Positions 60,035-64,000 of a DNA stretch of 64,000 nucleotides are shown here, piece after piece. A program made the translations under genes and the position numbers. This DNA is from Congregibacter sp. GTDB taxonomy: Bacteria; Pseudomonadota; Gammaproteobacteria; Pseudomonadales; Halieaceae. The notes beneath the pieces are model-generated. The model made no database searches. It was not told where the DNA came from and was given only the letters and a program-made list of their open reading frames with translations. The stretch lies in assembly GCA_045105635.1 (NCBI GenBank), contig JBGCDU010000015.1, forward strand, positions 8,695 through 72,694, read 5' to 3'. Numbering within the stretch: position 1 is the first letter of the stretch; the number at the start of each line of letters is the position of its first letter.

Positions 60035-60883
60035 TTACCCTTCGGCCGCAAACCGCCCAGCCTGATAATCGCTTATTGCCTCCTCAATTTCCGCTTGTGT
60101 GTTCATCACAAAAGGCCCGTGATGAACGACCGGTTCACGGAGAGGGCGACCGCGCAGTATCAGTAAGCCTGCGCCCTCGCTTGTGCCGCGCAGCGATAGC
60201 CGCTCACCGTCAGCAAACACCAGTAAACGCTGTTTCGCCTGCTGCTTGTCTGAGAACTGCAATGCGCCGTCATAGATGTAAGCCATCACAGTTTCCCCCG
60301 GGGCAGTAAGAACCTCCAGCTCACTGTGGGCACCCAACTGCACATCCGCAAGAGCAGCGTGCGGGGCTAGCTCGGTTAGAGGCCCTAGCACGGGCGTCGC
60401 ATTTCCCGGCTGCCACTCGCCCGATACCGCAGTAAGGCAATAGCCATGGTCGGAAATTCGCGGAAGTTCCGAGCGAGCTAAATCACGATAGCGAGGCGCT
60501 CCCATCTTGTCTGCCGCGGGAAGATTGAACCAAAGCTGAAATCCATGCAGCCCGTCGCTATCCTGGGTTGGCATTTCAGAATGAATGATGCCGCGCCCCG
60601 CACTCATGTACTGTGCACCGCCGCCGCGGATTTCGCCGCGATTACCCTGATTGTCTTCGTGGATAATCCCACCGTGTTTCATATAGGTAAGGGTCTGCAT
60701 CCCGCGGTGGGGGTGCGGCGGAAAACCAGCGGCAAAGTCCTCGCGATGCTCTGAGCGAAGCTCATCGAGCATGAGAATCGGGTCCATCGCTGGATCTTTG
60801 AAGCCGGCTACCCGCTGAATGGCGACGCCAGCGCCATCACTGGTGGGCTGTGCCGGCTTTACTTCGCGTAACTGTCTAATCAT
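60035..60883 (-). CDS. Pirin family protein
   Basis: DPILMLDE, FPPHPHRG, AGRGIIHSEMP, QLWFNLP, GPFVMNT. Confidence 0.95.
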   Translation of the reverse strand: MIRQLREVKPAQPTSDGAGVAIQRVAGFKDPAMDPILMLDELRSEHREDFAAGFPPHPHRGMQTLTYMKHGGIIHEDNQGNRGEIRGGGAQYMSAGRGIIHSEMPTQDSDGLHGFQLWFNLPAADKMGAPRYRDLARSELPRISDHGYCLTAVSGEWQPGNATPVLGPLTELAPHAALADVQLGAHSELEVLTAPGETVMAYIYDGALQFSDKQQAKQRLLVFADGERLSLRGTSEGAGLLILRGRPLREPVVHHGPFVMNTQAEIEEAISDYQAGRFAAEG

Positions 60884-60998
60884 GGCCCTCTCCCCTTACG
60901 TATGACTTATTCGATACGGAAAATCCTAATACCTATTTATTCGTATGAATATTGGTTAAATTCGCTTTTATCAGTCGATTTATTTGGAAGGTAAAGGT

Positions 60999-61898
60999 AT
61001 GCATCGAAGCACTCTGGAGCAATGGCGAATGTTTCGCGCCGTCGTCGAGCACGGCGGGTTTGCGCAGGCTGCAAGCGCTATTCACAAGAGCCAGTCGAGC
61101 ATCAATCACGCGGTACACAAGCTACAGGATCAACTCGAACTGCAACTTCTCGAAGTCGTCGGCCGCAAGGCCCAGCTCACTGATTCCGGCGCCCTGATGC
61201 TTCGTCGGGCTTCTCAACTACTGGATCAGGCCGAGCAATTGGAGACGATTGCCGACAGTCTCGCTGCGGGCTGCGAAGCTCAGTTGCGGCTTGCGGTGGA
61301 CGAAATATTTCCCCAGCAGTGTCTATCACAGGCGCTGGAGTTGCTGTCAACGGAGTTTCCAAATACACGGGTCGAGTTATTAGAAACCGTGCTCTCTGGT
61401 GGTCCGGAGCGACTCCTTCGAGGAGACGTCGATTTACTGATAGCCGGCGAGGTGCCTGGTGGGTTTCTGGGCGAAGCCCTGCTGGATGTGAAATTCATTG
61501 CGGTCTCACACCCGCAGCATTCACTGCAGACACTTGGCCGCCCATTGAACCTGCAGGATCTCACGGGCGAACGACAAATCGTTGTGCGGGATTCGTCCTC
61601 AGGCATAGGCGTCGATTCAGGTTGGCTGGGCGCCGAGCAGCGCTGGACCGTGAGTCATGTCGCTACGTCGATCAGTATGCTGTTGCGGGGCATGGGGTTT
61701 GCCTGGCTCCCGGAAACCCGCATTCGGGAATATCTGGATGCGGGTTCCTTACGTGAGCTCCCGCTGGCACAAGGTGCAAGACGGCATGTGATGCTTTACC
61801 TCACACATGCGGACCCAGACCGGGCAGGTCCTGCCATCCGCCGGCTTGGGGAAGTACTTAGGGAAGAGATCGAGGTGCAAAACAGTTCGATAAAATAG
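60999..61898 (+). CDS. LysR-family transcriptional regulator, divergent from pirin
   Basis: TLEQWRMFRAVVEHGGFAQAA..HKSQSSINHAVHKLQ HTH, plus a substrate-binding domain. Confidence 0.95.
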   Translation: MHRSTLEQWRMFRAVVEHGGFAQAASAIHKSQSSINHAVHKLQDQLELQLLEVVGRKAQLTDSGALMLRRASQLLDQAEQLETIADSLAAGCEAQLRLAVDEIFPQQCLSQALELLSTEFPNTRVELLETVLSGGPERLLRGDVDLLIAGEVPGGFLGEALLDVKFIAVSHPQHSLQTLGRPLNLQDLTGERQIVVRDSSSGIGVDSGWLGAEQRWTVSHVATSISMLLRGMGFAWLPETRIREYLDAGSLRELPLAQGARRHVMLYLTHADPDRAGPAIRRLGEVLREEIEVQNSSIK

Positions 61899-61938
61899 GA
61901 TTTTAACTCCATATTTTGCCACTTTTCATCCTATTTTA
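61891..61938. promoter_or_regulatory. Perfect 11-bp inverted repeat upstream of yqjG (possible regulator sites or hairpin)
   Basis: taaaataggat (61891-61901) and atcctatttta (61928-61938). Confidence 0.5.
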
Positions 61939-61998
61939 ATGAAGTAATCTCATTCCTCGGCGTTTTGGTACGCGACAATTCTAAAAAGGAGCATCGCA

Positions 61999-62997
61999 AT
62001 GGGCTTACTGGTCGATGGCCGATGGCAGGATCGTTGGTATGACACAAGTGCGTCTGGCGGGCGCTTTGTGCGCGAGGACGCGCAGTTTCGGCACGTTATT
62101 GGTGCTCCCGATGGCCGCTACCCGGCAGAATCCGGGCGCTATCACCTCTACGTTTCATTGGCCTGCCCCTGGGCACACCGCACGCTGATCGTGCGTAGCC
62201 TGAAAGGCCTCGATGAACATATTGGCGTCTCGGTGGTAAGTCCCATCATGCTGGAGAACGGCTGGACCTTTGACAAAAGCGAAGGCAGCAGCGGCGACGC
62301 GATATACGATTATGGATTCATGCACCAGCTCTACACGCACGCAGCCACTAGTTACAGCGGCCGTGTCACCGTCCCGGTCCTGTGGGACAGGCACAGCGAA
62401 TCTATCGTCAACAACGAATCAGCTGAGATTATCCGCATGCTGGGCGTCGCATTTGATGAACTTACGGGAGACACCCTGGACCTGTATCCGCTAGCGCTTC
62501 GAGATCGCATAGATGTCTGGAACAGGCGCATTTACCCGGCTATCAACAACGGCGTGTACCGCGCAGGCTTCGCGACCACGCAAGAGGCCTATGAGGAAGC
62601 CTACCGGGACGTTTTTGCAGAACTAGACCATCTGGACAGCCATCTGCAGTCACACCGCTACCTCACTGGAGCTGCGCTTACGGAGGCTGACATCCGTCTG
62701 TTCACCACGCTAATTCGCTTTGATGCGGTGTATCACGGTCACTTTAAGTGCAATCGACAACGGCTGGAAGATTACGCGGCAATCGCGCCTTATATCCGCG
62801 ATATCTACCAATTACCGGGCGTCGCGGCGACCGTCGACTTTGAGCAGATAAAGACGCACTACTATGCGTCACATGGCAGCATTAACCCGACGCATATCGT
62901 GCCGCTTGGCCCAATAATCGACTTCACTCGTGCGCACAATCGACGGCAGCTTGCGCAGGCAAGTCAGATCGCAGCGCTGACACCGGCAAGCATGTGA
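61999..62997 (+). CDS. yqjG: Glutathionyl-hydroquinone reductase (omega/xi-class GST)
   Basis: MGLLVDGRWQDRWY, YVSLACPWAHR, RVTVPVLWD, NNESAEI, INNGVYRAGFA, HFKCN. Confidence 0.96.
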   Translation: MGLLVDGRWQDRWYDTSASGGRFVREDAQFRHVIGAPDGRYPAESGRYHLYVSLACPWAHRTLIVRSLKGLDEHIGVSVVSPIMLENGWTFDKSEGSSGDAIYDYGFMHQLYTHAATSYSGRVTVPVLWDRHSESIVNNESAEIIRMLGVAFDELTGDTLDLYPLALRDRIDVWNRRIYPAINNGVYRAGFATTQEAYEEAYRDVFAELDHLDSHLQSHRYLTGAALTEADIRLFTTLIRFDAVYHGHFKCNRQRLEDYAAIAPYIRDIYQLPGVAATVDFEQIKTHYYASHGSINPTHIVPLGPIIDFTRAHNRRQLAQASQIAALTPASM

Positions 62998-63026
62998 GCC
63001 ACACGTCGATTGCCCGGGGAAAACTG

Positions 63027-63533
63027 CTACGCAAGTGAACGCGGGAAAAAATAGTGCTGGAGCTCCGCGATTCCCGGAGTGACGTCGCTCCAGTGCTCGA
63101 CAGGGAGGCAAAAGCGCAGGTAACCGGCCGTCGGCAGGTTATCTATGGCCTGACGGCCAGTCAGCTGGTTGCACAGATCTGTTAGCCCCGGGTTGTGGCT
63201 GATGAGGAAGCAGCTCTCAGACTGGGAATGCAGATTTTGCAGCCAATCCATGAGTTCTTCCCAGCTAAACGTGTACAACGCGTCTTCAACAAGGTGTTGC
63301 TGAGCATCCAGGCCAGGCCAGGCACTGCATAGCCCTTCCAGAGTTCGCTGCGCTCGGACCGCGGAGCTGCAGTGAATAACCATAGGAGACACACTTTCAG
63401 ACAGAGCCCGACCCATGTTGGGCGCGTCACGTCGGCCGCGGTCATTCAGGTCCCGGTCGTGATCGCTAAGACCGGGACTCTGCCAGCTCGACTTTGCGTG
63501 GCGCAACACGTGCAGAGTTTTCATTAGTCGCAC
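63027..63533 (-). CDS. sixA: SixA-type phosphohistidine phosphatase
   Basis: LRHAKSSW, DHDRDLNDRG, SSAVRAQRT, HNPGL. Confidence 0.9.
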   Translation of the reverse strand: MRLMKTLHVLRHAKSSWQSPGLSDHDRDLNDRGRRDAPNMGRALSESVSPMVIHCSSAVRAQRTLEGLCSAWPGLDAQQHLVEDALYTFSWEELMDWLQNLHSQSESCFLISHNPGLTDLCNQLTGRQAIDNLPTAGYLRFCLPVEHWSDVTPGIAELQHYFFPRSLA

Positions 63534-63679
63534 CTCATCCTTGTTATTGTTATGTGCCCACCGAGCTTGTGAGCCCGATGGTCATTCGTCATCTATTGTA
63601 GAATAATAAGTCTCAGCCTCTTGAGGCTAATTAAGACTACTCAATGGAATTATTCCGCGCCACAGCGGTCGTACAGTGT

Positions 63680-64000
63680 ATGAATAGACGCAAATTTTTA
63701 GCAGCCGCGAGTACGGCTGCACTCGGGGCAGCGGCAGCAATGTCGATGCCAGTCACATGGGCCAACACTAAGGCACGCTCAATGCTTGAAGGGATTCAAA
63801 CGCAGTGGAAGGAGTATCTGCCGGACGGTTTCGCCCCCGTCAGTGCGGCAGAAAAACTGTCTCTGAGCAAAGATGAGTGGAAAACCCGCTTATCACAGCC
63901 CCTCGCTTTTGATGTGTTGCGTCGCGAATCAACAGAGCGGCCGTTCACCAGTGCCCTGAACGACGAGAAGCGCGATGGCGTTTTTCTCTGTGCGGGCTGT
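63680..64000 (+). CDS. msrB: Peptide-methionine (R)-S-oxide reductase MsrB with Tat signal; 3' truncated by the window edge
   Basis: MNRRKFL twin-arginine signal; EWKTRL...VLRRESTERPFTSALNDEKRDGVFLCAGC. Confidence 0.88.
   Translation, partial: MNRRKFLAAASTAALGAAAAMSMPVTWANTKARSMLEGIQTQWKEYLPDGFAPVSAAEKLSLSKDEWKTRLSQPLAFDVLRRESTERPFTSALNDEKRDGVFLCAGC

Overview
A roughly 58-60% GC gammaproteobacterial chromosome segment. Gene order and content suggest a marine Cellvibrionales/Halieaceae (OM60/NOR5)-like organism; this is inference. The left half is mostly housekeeping: an acylase, a molybdopterin oxidoreductase, LemA plus an M48 protease, an AraC-type regulator, then the conserved nnr-tsaE-amiB-mutL-miaA-hfq-hflXKC-yjeT-hisZ-purA superoperon on the minus strand, followed by queG, orn, rsgA, psd, PhoH-PIN, RNase II, asnS, fRMsr/GAF, ParA and CinA. 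Two accessory-looking blocks stand out. (1) A lower-GC three-gene glycan-modification islet at 34.8-38.6 kb, led by a sulfotransferase fused to a GH130/GT91-like beta-propeller. (2) A ~15 kb, 13-gene, tightly coupled plus-strand operon at 42.2-57.2 kb. It encodes a MotA/TolQ/ExbB channel, two ExbD/TolR-like membrane subunits ending in MIDAS-bearing VWA domains, a degenerate Hsp70/actin-fold plus FHA-like protein, PEGA and FGE-sulfatase-fold proteins, a secreted TPR-TonB_C protein and several lipoproteins. This is the best candidate for an undescribed ion-driven, envelope-spanning machine. The right end carries a DAACS symporter, a Kazal-like lipoprotein, a pirin/LysR/yqjG module, sixA and a truncated Tat-exported msrB. 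A recurring feature is short 9-15 bp tandem repeats, all multiples of 3, at gene boundaries, including the 5' ends of mutL and asnS. I recognised no rRNA, tRNA, CRISPR array, integrase or transposase. All family calls come from motif recognition by eye, not database searches.
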